A DNA stretch of 64,000 nt from Candidatus Palauibacter sp. (GTDB lineage Bacteria; Gemmatimonadota; Gemmatimonadetes; Palauibacterales; Palauibacteraceae). The stretch's first letter is position 1. Each line of letters starts with the position of its first letter. Both the position numbers and the translations under genes were made by a program. Positions 19,056-27,961 of this stretch are shown piece by piece. The notes beneath the pieces were generated by a model. The model ran no database searches, was not told the origin of the DNA, and saw only the letters and a list, made by a program, of their open reading frames with translations. The stretch is taken from assembly GCF_965222475.1 (NCBI RefSeq), contig NZ_CBDCUB010000001.1, positions 1,002,982 through 1,066,981 of the forward strand. Reading direction: 5' to 3'.

Positions 19056-19912
19056 CGGCTCCCTCCCGTGCTGTCGGCCGGTGCCGCCGCACTGTCCGCC
19101 GCCGCGTCCGGGGTCTCACCCGTACCCTCCGCGGGGGCGGCAGCCCCTCCCGTCGCCAGGAAGTTCACCAGAGCGTCGAGTTCCGCGGGTGCCATCATCT
19201 GAGCCAGCGTCGGCGACATGGTACCGGCAAAGTCCCGGTATTCTTCGTTGATGCTCGCGTTCGGGTCGACGATGCTCTCCCGGATGAACGCGGGATCCCG
19301 GCCCTGCAGGTCCTCCAACGGCGGCGCGACCATCCCGCCCTGCCCGCCCAGGGCGTGGCAGGCGAGGCAACCCGTCATGGTGATCACCGCCATCACATCC
19401 ACCTGGCTCGGGTCCGTCACGACCGGCGCCGCGGGCGCCGCCGCGGCCGCGTCGTCGGCGGCCAGCGCGGCGGCGAAGTCGTCCGCGTTCACGGTGATCT
19501 CGCCCCCCTGCGCCTCCAGGAAGGCGACGAGCGTCCACAGCTCCGCCTGCGACAGGATCCGGCTCTGGTCGAGCATGATGGGCTCGAAGCCCTCCACGAT
19601 GTAGGAAAGCGGGCTGACGAGCGACTCCCACAGGTAGTCCTTGCAGCTCTGCCCCGGGACGCGCGTCTCGCACACCGTCCCCGCCACCCCGACGATGTCC
19701 GGGGCGCGGGTGCCGAGCCCGTGACACGCCGTGCAGCCGCCGACCCCGGCGTAGATGTCCTCGCCGATGGCCGCCAGTTCTTCGGGCGGCATGTCCGCGC
19801 TGAGCACGATCTCCTCGGGCACCGCCGACTGCACCTGCGGGATCACGTTCGCCACGAAGGTGAACACCGCCAGCGTCGCCACGACCGTGAACAGGATCTT
19901 CAGGTTCGTCAT
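19052..19912 (-). CDS. dihaem c-type cytochrome (signal-anchored)
   Basis: CTACHG and CLACHA motifs; N-terminal TM/signal MTNLKILFTVVATLAVFTFVANV. Confidence 0.7.
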   Translation of the reverse strand: MTNLKILFTVVATLAVFTFVANVIPQVQSAVPEEIVLSADMPPEELAAIGEDIYAGVGGCTACHGLGTRAPDIVGVAGTVCETRVPGQSCKDYLWESLVSPLSYIVEGFEPIMLDQSRILSQAELWTLVAFLEAQGGEITVNADDFAAALAADDAAAAAPAAPVVTDPSQVDVMAVITMTGCLACHALGGQGGMVAPPLEDLQGRDPAFIRESIVDPNASINEEYRDFAGTMSPTLAQMMAPAELDALVNFLATGGAAAPAEGTGETPDAAADSAAAPADSTGGSR

Positions 19913-21685
19913 CTATCCTCGCCTGTCCTGGTAGACCGACCGTTCGGCCAGCCCGCCGAGCCAGAAGATGAACCCGACGAGCGCGAAGAAGATGATCACG
20001 CAGATGCTGATCATCGTCGCCGCCGGGCCGAGCGCCGGCGTGAACGCCTGCTCGCTCGTGTCGCGGATGACCTCGTAGACGTGCCAGTGCTGCCGGATCC
20101 CGCTGCGGGCGAAGCCCATGAGCCCCATGAGCCAGGTGAACGTCACGGCGAGGATGAGCAGCGCGTACTGCGACCGCTCGGGCATCTGCCCCCAGCGGAT
20201 CTCGCCGCGGGACTTCGCGCCGCGGAGCATCGCCATGTCGAGGCCGATCACGAACAGGATCGTCGCCAGCACCGCCAGGACCTGGTAGACCGAGAACCCG
20301 ATGCGGACGATCGCGGTCACGAAGTAGCCGTACACGCCGTAGAAGACGACCACGATCGCGGCGACCGCGAAGGCCGCGCCCTGCAGCATGGTTCCGGCGC
20401 GCACCCATGGCACCACCGGATCCTTGTTCGCCCGCCGGTACATCAGAAACGACAGGAACGTCGTCAGGATCATCAGGTTCACGGCGGTGTTCTTGGCGCT
20501 CATCACGCCCAGCACCTGCAGGAAGGGGTGCCGGATCCCGCCCATGGCCGCGATCTCGTCGCGGTCGGCGATCATCGTGTTGGGCGTGGCCCACACGATC
20601 ACGCCGAGGACGAGCACGAGGAGCATCCACTTGATGTAGGGCTGGAAGCGCTCCGCGCCCGGGATCCTCCCCATCCCGACCCACAGGTAGTAGTTGCCGG
20701 CGAGGAAGAGGATGCCGATGAGGAAGGCCTGGATGATCCAGAGCCAGCTCATGAAGCCGCCCATCATCGTGATCCCCATCTGCTGGCTGAACTCGTAGAT
20801 CTCGCGGCCGAGGTAGTATCCGGCGAAGGGGAGGACGATGAGAGCGCCGATCGCGATCAGGTTGCCGGTGTAGCCCATCCAGTCGTAGTGGGCCCGCTCC
20901 TCGTCGGTCTTGCTCGTGAGGAACCGGTACGCCGCATAGGCGCCGACGATCGCGCCGCCGAAGACGACGTTGGCCAGGAGCCGGTGGATGTTGATCGGCA
21001 TCCAGGTCGCGTTGTTGATCGCGCTCCACAGCTGGACGGTCTGCGGCGCCGTGTCCACCGTGAGATCGGCCGGAGGGCTCATCATGTAGGTGAGCCAGCC
21101 GTTCGCGATGAACATGACGATCGTGCCCCACACGTTGAGCATGATCCCCAGGCACCAGTGGGCCTTCTTCGCCGCGCCCTTCTTCCACGCGTCCCAGCCG
21201 TAGTAGTACAGGTAGAGCGTGAAGGACTCGAGGAAGAACATGCCCGCGTACACCCACATCGACGGGGCGAAGACGGCCGTCAGGTACGCCCAGAAGCGCG
21301 GATAGAGGGTCGAGAGGAAGAAGACGAGGACCGCGCCCCAGATCGCCGTCGCGCTGTACGCCACGAGCAGGAGGCGGGTGAACTCCTTGGCGAGTTTGTC
21401 GTACTTCTCGTCGCCGCCGAACATCCCGATCGCCTCGATGACGACGGCGAACATCGGCACGCCGAGCACGAAGGCCGCGAACAGCAGGTGGAGCTGGGCC
21501 GCGATCCAGACCGCGCCGCGACGGTCGAGGCCCAGAAAGCTGAACTCGCCGTAGTCGGGCCCCGCGGCCTGCGCCAGCAGCGGCATCGCCACCACCAGCG
21601 CGAGGGCGGCGAGCACCGCGCCGCGGGTCATCCAGCGGAGCGGCCCGCGATCTCCCGCGAGCCTTCCGGACCGGTCGAGCGTCAT
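19913..21685 (-). CDS. cytochrome bd-family subunit I-like protein (CydA-like, no Q-loop, no CydB partner seen)
   Basis: N-terminus aligns to CydA helix 1 (HLLFAAFVLGVPMFAVVIEAIGMF vs MYHFLFVPLTLGMAFLLAIME); FFLESFTLYLYYYGWD vs CydA FFLESTFVGLFFFGWD; C-terminal G.RQ.W..EV vs GRQPW; ATG 21685 preceded by GGAGAGAAG. Confidence 0.65.
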   Translation of the reverse strand: MTLDRSGRLAGDRGPLRWMTRGAVLAALALVVAMPLLAQAAGPDYGEFSFLGLDRRGAVWIAAQLHLLFAAFVLGVPMFAVVIEAIGMFGGDEKYDKLAKEFTRLLLVAYSATAIWGAVLVFFLSTLYPRFWAYLTAVFAPSMWVYAGMFFLESFTLYLYYYGWDAWKKGAAKKAHWCLGIMLNVWGTIVMFIANGWLTYMMSPPADLTVDTAPQTVQLWSAINNATWMPINIHRLLANVVFGGAIVGAYAAYRFLTSKTDEERAHYDWMGYTGNLIAIGALIVLPFAGYYLGREIYEFSQQMGITMMGGFMSWLWIIQAFLIGILFLAGNYYLWVGMGRIPGAERFQPYIKWMLLVLVLGVIVWATPNTMIADRDEIAAMGGIRHPFLQVLGVMSAKNTAVNLMILTTFLSFLMYRRANKDPVVPWVRAGTMLQGAAFAVAAIVVVFYGVYGYFVTAIVRIGFSVYQVLAVLATILFVIGLDMAMLRGAKSRGEIRWGQMPERSQYALLILAVTFTWLMGLMGFARSGIRQHWHVYEVIRDTSEQAFTPALGPAATMISICVIIFFALVGFIFWLGGLAERSVYQDRRG

Positions 21686-23094
21686 CGCTTCTCTCCTCGC
21701 CCCACGCCCCGCCGCCTCCGGGCGAAGAAGGGCATTCGCTTGGAGAAGTCCACCGGCATGGCGCGGCGGACCTCCTGCATCACATCGAGCGTCACTTCGG
21801 CGTGGCCGTGCTCGCGGGCGAACGTCTCGACCCGCTCCGCCACGACCCCGCGCACGAAACTCGGGATGGCGTTCAGCCGCGCCTCGGCGTCCGGACTCCA
21901 GCGGAGACGGACCTCGGCGGCGGAACCATACGTGACCTCGCGAGGCGGCTGGAGGGCTTCGGCGACCCCGGGGGCCGGCTCGTAGGCGCAGGCCGGATCG
22001 GGGCCGAGGAAGTCGCCGTCCACCGCGTAGGCGCGCGCCCGGCAGCCGCCGCACAGCGTCCGGTATTCGCAGCGCCCGCACTTGCCGCCCAGTTCCCCCT
22101 CGCGCAGGAGGCGAAACACGGTCGCCTCGCGCCAGATTTCCCGGAAGGAGGTTGTCGCGAGATCCCCCGCCACCTCCGGCATGTAGGGGCAGGGCGTCAC
22201 CTTCCCCTCGGGCGTGATGCGGCAGTACTGCACGCCGCACGGGCAGCGGGTCCGGTAGTTGAGCAGCGGGGACTCCGGGTCGCGCTCGTACACGTGGCGC
22301 ATGAGCTGCGGCTGGCACTTCGAGCGGATCATGAGCCGACCCCGGTACTCGCGCTGGAGTTCGGCGAGCCGGGCCACGAGTTCGTCGTTCTCCCCGGGCG
22401 CGAGGCCGCGCATCCCTTCGCCCCGGCCGGTCTCGACGAGGAAGTAGACGTTGAGGCAGACCGCGCCACGGTCGTCCGCCCACGCCGCCATGGCGTCGAG
22501 TTCGTGGCGGTTCCCGCGCGTGACCGTGAACTGGATGAGGAAATCGAGCCCGTGCGCCCCCAGCCGGTCGACGGCGGCGAGCGTGTCCTCGAGCGCGCCC
22601 TCCCCGTGCCGGAAGCGGTCGTGATAGCGCGGATCGAGGGAGTCGACGCTCAGCGCCACCCCCTGCACCCCCGCGTCCATGAGGGACCGGATGCGCTCAT
22701 CGGTGAGCCCGGTCCCGTTCGTCCCCACGGTCACGGTCGCACCGCGCTCCGAGGCATGGGCCGCGATCTCCTCGAGGTCGGAGCGGACGAGCGGCTCTCC
22801 TCCGCTGAGGATGAGGAGAGGAGACGGGTTCACCTCGAGGATCTGATCGATGATGGCGCGGCAGGCGGAGGTGTCGAGTTCGTTCTCGGCTTGATGCCAG
22901 GCACCGGCCGAGATGTAGCAGTGGGCGCAGGCGAGGTTGCAGCGGCGCGTGAGGTTCCAGGCGATGACGTGCGGCAGCGCGGCATCCGGTCCGTCGTGGG
23001 GAGAGGCGGCGGCCGGAGCCCCCGCCCACAGGGCCCCCGGCGCAGCGGAAGGACGTTGCGCCACAGCTTCCGCGCCCCGCAACGCCTCGATCAC
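21682..23094 (-). CDS. radical SAM/SPASM protein of the NirJ/AhbC/AhbD tetrapyrrole-modifying family, with C-terminal PCP_red-like domain
   Basis: IAWNLTRRCNLACAHCY (CxxxCxxC), LSGGEPL, TNGT, C-terminal Cys-rich SPASM region CGRCEY..CGGCRARA, ending PDPACAYEP like NirJ; extra C-terminal domain EVRLRWSPDAEARLNAIPSFVRG.V...VE.FARE.G. GTG start at 23094 overlaps upstream stop (GTGA). Confidence 0.7.
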   Translation of the reverse strand: MIEALRGAEAVAQRPSAAPGALWAGAPAAASPHDGPDAALPHVIAWNLTRRCNLACAHCYISAGAWHQAENELDTSACRAIIDQILEVNPSPLLILSGGEPLVRSDLEEIAAHASERGATVTVGTNGTGLTDERIRSLMDAGVQGVALSVDSLDPRYHDRFRHGEGALEDTLAAVDRLGAHGLDFLIQFTVTRGNRHELDAMAAWADDRGAVCLNVYFLVETGRGEGMRGLAPGENDELVARLAELQREYRGRLMIRSKCQPQLMRHVYERDPESPLLNYRTRCPCGVQYCRITPEGKVTPCPYMPEVAGDLATTSFREIWREATVFRLLREGELGGKCGRCEYRTLCGGCRARAYAVDGDFLGPDPACAYEPAPGVAEALQPPREVTYGSAAEVRLRWSPDAEARLNAIPSFVRGVVAERVETFAREHGHAEVTLDVMQEVRRAMPVDFSKRMPFFARRRRGVGRGEKR

Positions 23095-25280
23095 GCCTCG
23101 CGCGACCCCGGTTCCGAATCCTGTGCCGCGAACTTCTCCACGGCGGCCTGTGCCTCCTCGGGGGAGACCAGCTTGAAGTCGACGGGACAGTCCGCCGCCT
23201 GTTGCTCGATGTCGCGGATCGGACAGCGCGTGACGCCGGAGGCCTTCGCCTCCTCGATGAAGCGCTTCATCTCCTCGCTCATCCCGTCCACGCCGGCGGC
23301 TTCGGCCCGGGCCTGTTTCGCCTTCAGCTCGTTGAACATCACGAGCATCGTGTCGAGATCGAACTCGTCCGCCGCGATCATGGCGTCCTTGTTCTCGTCC
23401 ATGACCGGCGTCGTGACGCGCCACATCTCCTGATCGCGGGCGAAGCGTTCGACCGTATTGCGCGCGAGGGGTCGCGCGATGAGCGGCACGCGGCCGAGGC
23501 GTTCGAACGCCTCGCGGGTCCACACGATCGGGTCCGCCGCAGTGCGATCGCGCGGGATCCGGTTGTCCGTGACGGGGCACTTCGCCATCACCGGCAGCGG
23601 CGCATCGAAGACATCGTCGTCGCTCGTTTCGACGACCGTCCGCTTCATCGCCTCGCCGGCCTTGACCTCCGCGAGGGCGAGTTCCTCCGCGTCTCCGATC
23701 CCCATCACGAGCTGCATGTGGGTCGGCAGGAGCTTCTTGATCGCCTCGTCCAGCCGCTCGTTCGTGACGACGGGCAGTTGATCCCGGTTCCAGAGTTCGG
23801 GCTTCGCCCCGTTCGGATCCCCGCCGTTCGCGGCGTCCACGACATCCGATATCGACGGGGCCGCGCCTCCGGCCAGGGCCTCGCGGGCCACCTTCGCGGT
23901 CCCTTTCGCCTCCGTGCGGTATCCCTTCTCATCCTTCGGGTTCGGCACGAACGCCGCGGCGTAGCGGCTCCCGGGCCCGTAGTGCTCGAGGACGAACTCC
24001 TCGACGGCCTTGCGCGCGATCCCGAGCGCGAAGGGCGGCACGCGCAGGATCCTGACCTCGGCCTCGGGCGCCCACTCGAGCCCGGCCTCGCCGTCCTCCT
24101 CGATCCACGGGATCTCCTCGGGCCGTACGTTCTCCGTCCCGATGAGGAGGATGTTCGCATCCGCGAGGTGGACGAGGTTGTCGGCCTGCGAGCCGATGTC
24201 CGTGCCTTCGATCCGGTGCGATCCGTGGCGGGCGATGATGAGCAGCGACGGGTCGATCTCCTCCGCCCACTTCAGCATCACGTCGAAGGGCTTCCCGATG
24301 AGGACCTGGGTCTCGACCTCGACATCGGGATGTTCGCTCGCCATCACCTCGGCCCGCTTGATGTTCGCCTTGCAGAGGCGGAGCAGGCCCTTGTCGATGA
24401 TGTTGTTATGCAGCTCTTCCTGTTCCTCGAACTTGAACACCTTCGAGGCCTGCACCGAGAGCACGTCCTTGATGTTGTGGAACACGACGTGGTGGTACTG
24501 GACGTCGAAGGCGCTCCCGATGTAGAGCTTCGCCCCGTATTTCCGCGCCATCTCGAGCGCGATCCGCAGCCCCTTGTAGGCGTAGGCCGAGCCGTCCACG
24601 CCGATGAGCCACTTCCCGCCCTCGAGGGGTCGGTCGTTGCGGACGATGAGCGCGTCCTTCCGGAGGCCCCGCAGCGCCCGGGCCACGACGCCGCCGAGCC
24701 GACTGCGCTCCTGGCGGCCGAGGCCGTGGGCCCCGATGGCCACGAGGTCGTAGTCGCGGCCGGAGGTCCCCGCGAGCTTGTCCTCCTGCTCCTCGTCCTC
24801 CGCCACGAGACGGCCGTTCTCGCCCAGACGGACGTCGGCGCGCTGCTTCTCGCTCCCGTCGTAGTTGTGGGCGATGTTGGGATCGAACCCGATCAGGCTC
24901 GGGAGGCGTCCGCCGCCCCGGTTCGCCTCATTGATGATCTCCTCGTAGTTGATCCCCTCGAGGAGCTGCCGGGTGATGGTGACCCCCGCCTCGCTGCAGC
25001 GCCGGTGCAGCTGGTCGAGGAAGCTGTCGGAGATGAGCTGGAGCCCCTTCTCGATCAGCTTGTCGTGGATCTTCCGCTGTCGGCGGATCTCGGCCGGTTC
25101 CTGGAACTGGGCCGGGAGCCCGATCTCGAGCTGGCGAAAGCGGATGTCGTGCAGGCGCGCAGCGTAGACGTGTGAGCCCGTGATCCGGCCCTCCGAACGG
25201 GCGCAGATCTCTATGGCCCGGTCCACGGCCCAGTCGGACTCGCGCGAATTGTCGACCGGGACGAACAGTTCTCGATACAT
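23091..25280 (-). CDS. tandem universal-stress-protein (UspA) domains + C-terminal PCP_red-like domain protein
   Basis: Two Usp-like alpha/beta ATP-binding-type modules; C-terminal IVWTREAFERLGRVPLIARPLARNTVERFAR PCP_red-like; start preferred at ATG 25280 (GGAG 5 nt upstream) rather than GTG 25316. Confidence 0.6.
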   Translation of the reverse strand: MYRELFVPVDNSRESDWAVDRAIEICARSEGRITGSHVYAARLHDIRFRQLEIGLPAQFQEPAEIRRQRKIHDKLIEKGLQLISDSFLDQLHRRCSEAGVTITRQLLEGINYEEIINEANRGGGRLPSLIGFDPNIAHNYDGSEKQRADVRLGENGRLVAEDEEQEDKLAGTSGRDYDLVAIGAHGLGRQERSRLGGVVARALRGLRKDALIVRNDRPLEGGKWLIGVDGSAYAYKGLRIALEMARKYGAKLYIGSAFDVQYHHVVFHNIKDVLSVQASKVFKFEEQEELHNNIIDKGLLRLCKANIKRAEVMASEHPDVEVETQVLIGKPFDVMLKWAEEIDPSLLIIARHGSHRIEGTDIGSQADNLVHLADANILLIGTENVRPEEIPWIEEDGEAGLEWAPEAEVRILRVPPFALGIARKAVEEFVLEHYGPGSRYAAAFVPNPKDEKGYRTEAKGTAKVAREALAGGAAPSISDVVDAANGGDPNGAKPELWNRDQLPVVTNERLDEAIKKLLPTHMQLVMGIGDAEELALAEVKAGEAMKRTVVETSDDDVFDAPLPVMAKCPVTDNRIPRDRTAADPIVWTREAFERLGRVPLIARPLARNTVERFARDQEMWRVTTPVMDENKDAMIAADEFDLDTMLVMFNELKAKQARAEAAGVDGMSEEMKRFIEEAKASGVTRCPIRDIEQQAADCPVDFKLVSPEEAQAAVEKFAAQDSEPGSREA

Positions 25281-25542
25281 GACGCTCCGCTGGGTGGCGT
25301 GCTCCGACCGGCTCACGATCCTCCGGCCATTGTTCGCTGGGCCGTGCGATCCGGGCGTGCGCGGGGCGTCAAGATCGGTCGCGGACAGGGATTCCGGCGA
25401 CGTGGCTCCACGGTTTTCGGGATCGCCCGGAGGTCCCGGGCCTCCGCTTTTGCGCCAAGAAGTTGCGCGAGCCCTCCGGGAAAGTCAAACGAGCCCCGGG
25501 CGCCGCGAAGGCGCGGCGAGGCGCGGGTGCCGGAGGACCCCG

Positions 25543-26250
25543 TCACGGAGTCCGGGGCCAGCGAAGACGGCGACTCCAGATGGTCGGGAAGGCCGCCGCG
25601 CCGAGCGTGACCACGAGCACGACGAGGAGGCTCCGAACCCACGCAGACGGGTCCGCGGGAGCCGCCCCCACGCCGGCGCCGAGGGCCGCCCGCAGGGGCA
25701 TGTAGGGATTCCAGGCGGCCGCGATCTCGTTCCAGCCCGGAACCGGCGTTCTGAAGAAGCCCGCGAGGTGGAGGAGGAGCAGGGAGAGCGCGGCGGAAGC
25801 GAGGGCCGCCTCGGCCAGCGAGCGGACGGCGGCGGCGACGAGGGGGCCGATGAGGTTCGCGAACCAGAGCGCGACGAGGGTGGCGATGAGAACGACGGGC
25901 CCGGCCCCGAGCCCGCCGGCGGACCAGAGCAGCACGAGCAGCACCGGCAGGAGTTGCGCCGTGTCGATGGCGGTGCGCGCCAGCGTACGCTCGAGGAGCC
26001 AGCGGGGCGCGGGGTAGCCGGCGCGCAGCACTTCGTCGAGCCAGCCGTCGCGCGCATCCCGGACGGCCGGAATCGCCGAGCCGAACGCGCCGAAGAAAAC
26101 GAGGAAGACGCCGAATACGGCGACCCGGTGCGGAGCGGCGGCCTCGCTGAGGGCGACCGGCGTGAGCAGGACGAGCGGGACCGCGATGTTCCACGCGAGG
26201 AGCCGTCGCCGCCGGAGGGCCGAGCGCCACGCGAGACGCCAGACCGTCAC
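25543..26250 (-). CDS. ABC-2 permease, CcmB-like (heme exporter protein B family)
   Basis: 6 TM; CcmB signature VRDARDGWLDEVL (compare E. coli FRDDLQDGSLEQL); GTG 26250 overlaps ATPase stop. Confidence 0.55.
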   Translation of the reverse strand: MTVWRLAWRSALRRRRLLAWNIAVPLVLLTPVALSEAAAPHRVAVFGVFLVFFGAFGSAIPAVRDARDGWLDEVLRAGYPAPRWLLERTLARTAIDTAQLLPVLLVLLWSAGGLGAGPVVLIATLVALWFANLIGPLVAAAVRSLAEAALASAALSLLLLHLAGFFRTPVPGWNEIAAAWNPYMPLRAALGAGVGAAPADPSAWVRSLLVVLVVTLGAAAFPTIWSRRLRWPRTP

Positions 26251-27245
26251 GCGCCCTCCTCCTCGAGCCGCCGGCCCGCGAGGATGAGGAACGCGTCGGC
26301 GAGGGTCGGTTCGCGGACATCGACCGACGTCACGGAAGCGCCCCCTCGAAGGACCCAGGTGAGGGCCTCGGGGAGCACGGTGCGCGGGTCCTCGACCTCG
26401 AGGATCACGGCGCCCTCGCGCCACGCCGCCGAGAGGACGCCGGACGGAGGCGGGGGGCATGTCTCGACGTCCGGGAGGGTGGAACCCGCGAAACGGATCT
26501 CCACGCGGGGACGGACGCCGACCCGCTGGAGGAGGCGGGCCGGCGTGTCCACCGCCTCGCACCGACCATCGACGATGAACCCCACCCGGTCGCAGTGCGC
26601 CGCCGCGAAGGCGGGGTCGTGCGCGGAAAGCACGGTGGTACGGCCCATCTCGCCCTGACCGGCGAGGGCCTCTGCGAGGAGGGCGCGGCCGGCGGGGTCG
26701 AGTCCGGCCAGCGGCTCGTCGAGCAGCAGGAGCCGCGCCTCGGCGGCGAAGGCGACCGCGAGCGCGAGCCGCCGCCGCATCCCGCTGGAGTAGGCGCCGG
26801 CCGGCCGTTCCGCGTCCCCCGCCAGTCCGAAGCGCGCAAGCCAGGTCGTGGCCTCGGCGCGGGCCTGCACAGGCGAGGCGCCCCGCAACTCGAGCAGGAC
26901 GGCCGCGTTTTCGCGCCCGGTGAGCCAGGGGCGGAAGACCGGCTGGTCCGGCACGAACCAGCGGTCGAGGGTGCCGTCGACCTCCCGCGCGAGGCGGAGA
27001 CCGGGCGCACCGTCCCCGGCCAGGAGCCGGAGGAAGGTCGATTTTCCCGACCCGTTGGGCCCGAGGAGTCCGAGTCGTTCACCGTCGCGTACCTCGAGCG
27101 AGAGGCCGCGGAGCGCGGGACTCCCATCCGGATAGGTCCAGGCGAGGGCCTCTGCGGCGACGAGCGGGTGACCCCCGCGCGGGCCGCGAGTTTCCGCGCC
27201 CTCAGCGGGGTCGGGCCCGGCGCGGGCGGGCCGGCTGCGGTTCAC
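26247..27245 (-). CDS. ABC transporter ATP-binding protein, CcmA-like with ~120-aa C-terminal extension
   Basis: Walker A GPNGSGKST, signature YSSGMRRRL, Walker B LLLLDEP. Confidence 0.7.
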   Translation of the reverse strand: MNRSRPARAGPDPAEGAETRGPRGGHPLVAAEALAWTYPDGSPALRGLSLEVRDGERLGLLGPNGSGKSTFLRLLAGDGAPGLRLAREVDGTLDRWFVPDQPVFRPWLTGRENAAVLLELRGASPVQARAEATTWLARFGLAGDAERPAGAYSSGMRRRLALAVAFAAEARLLLLDEPLAGLDPAGRALLAEALAGQGEMGRTTVLSAHDPAFAAAHCDRVGFIVDGRCEAVDTPARLLQRVGVRPRVEIRFAGSTLPDVETCPPPPSGVLSAAWREGAVILEVEDPRTVLPEALTWVLRGGASVTSVDVREPTLADAFLILAGRRLEEEGA

Positions 27246-27514
27246 GGGATGATCTCGACTCCGTCCTCCCAGACGGTGATCGCATCGACCGGGCAGGACG
27301 CGCAGGCTTCCACGAAGCGCTTTCTCGACGCGTGCTCGGGCGTCGTGAACACCGCCACACCGTCCTCGTCGAGATCGAACGCCTCCGGGGCCTCCTCTAT
27401 GCAGTCACCGAACCCCACACACAGATCCCGGTCGATGACGGCGCGCAGGCCGTGCACCTCGCGTTCGACCATCGGGTCCGTCACCGTTTCTCCGCCCTCC
27501 GCCGTCATCGCCAT
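27242..27514 (-). CDS. small ferredoxin (single [3Fe-4S]/[4Fe-4S] type)
   Basis: 90 aa; ID.D.C.GFGDC...AP..F.....G ... CASCPVDAI pattern. Confidence 0.65.
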   Translation of the reverse strand: MAMTAEGGETVTDPMVEREVHGLRAVIDRDLCVGFGDCIEEAPEAFDLDEDGVAVFTTPEHASRKRFVEACASCPVDAITVWEDGVEIIP

Positions 27515-27520
27515 GGGCCG

Positions 27521-27961
27521 CTACATCCCCTCCAGTCCGAGATCCGTGCGCGCCCGATCCATGACGGCCGGCGTCATCTCCTCGATCCCCCGTTCCCGTG
27601 CATATTCCGTGTAGATCTTCTTCACCATTCCGCGTACGAACGAAGGCACGTGCCCGAGGCGCTCGACCGCGTCCACGCTCCAGCGGACGGTCGAGGGACG
27701 GGTCGGGAGTGGCGACTCGAACGCCTCGTCTCGTCCCGATGCCACGCCGGTTCGGACCCCCTCGAGGTTCGCCTCCGGCACGGTCCGGCCGCCGACCTTC
27801 ACGCCGAGCGAACTCACGAGCTGCGTCTCCATCGGATTGGCCAGCATCGCGGTCTTCCGGCCGCAGGCAGGACAGCGGAACACGGCGGCCATCGTGCCAT
27901 CGCCGGGCACGGCCCGCTCCTCGAAGCTCATCTGCCGGTCGCAGTCGACGCAGAGGAACTT
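27521..27961 (-). CDS. zinc-ribbon + PCP_red-like domain protein
   Basis: N-terminal C..C...C..C (CVDCD ... CPACG); C-terminal TVRWSVDAVERLGHVPSFVRGMVKKIYTEYARERGIEE matches the PCP_red-like domains of the radical SAM and USP proteins. Confidence 0.5.
   Translation of the reverse strand, partial: KFLCVDCDRQMSFEERAVPGDGTMAAVFRCPACGRKTAMLANPMETQLVSSLGVKVGGRTVPEANLEGVRTGVASGRDEAFESPLPTRPSTVRWSVDAVERLGHVPSFVRGMVKKIYTEYARERGIEEMTPAVMDRARTDLGLEGM

Noticed and set aside
19355-21985. 876-aa plus-strand ORF
   Set aside because: Antisense shadow of the CydA-like and cytochrome c genes, with low-complexity charged sequence.
25180-26658. 492-aa plus-strand ORF
   Set aside because: Antisense to the USP and CcmB-like genes, with low-complexity sequence.
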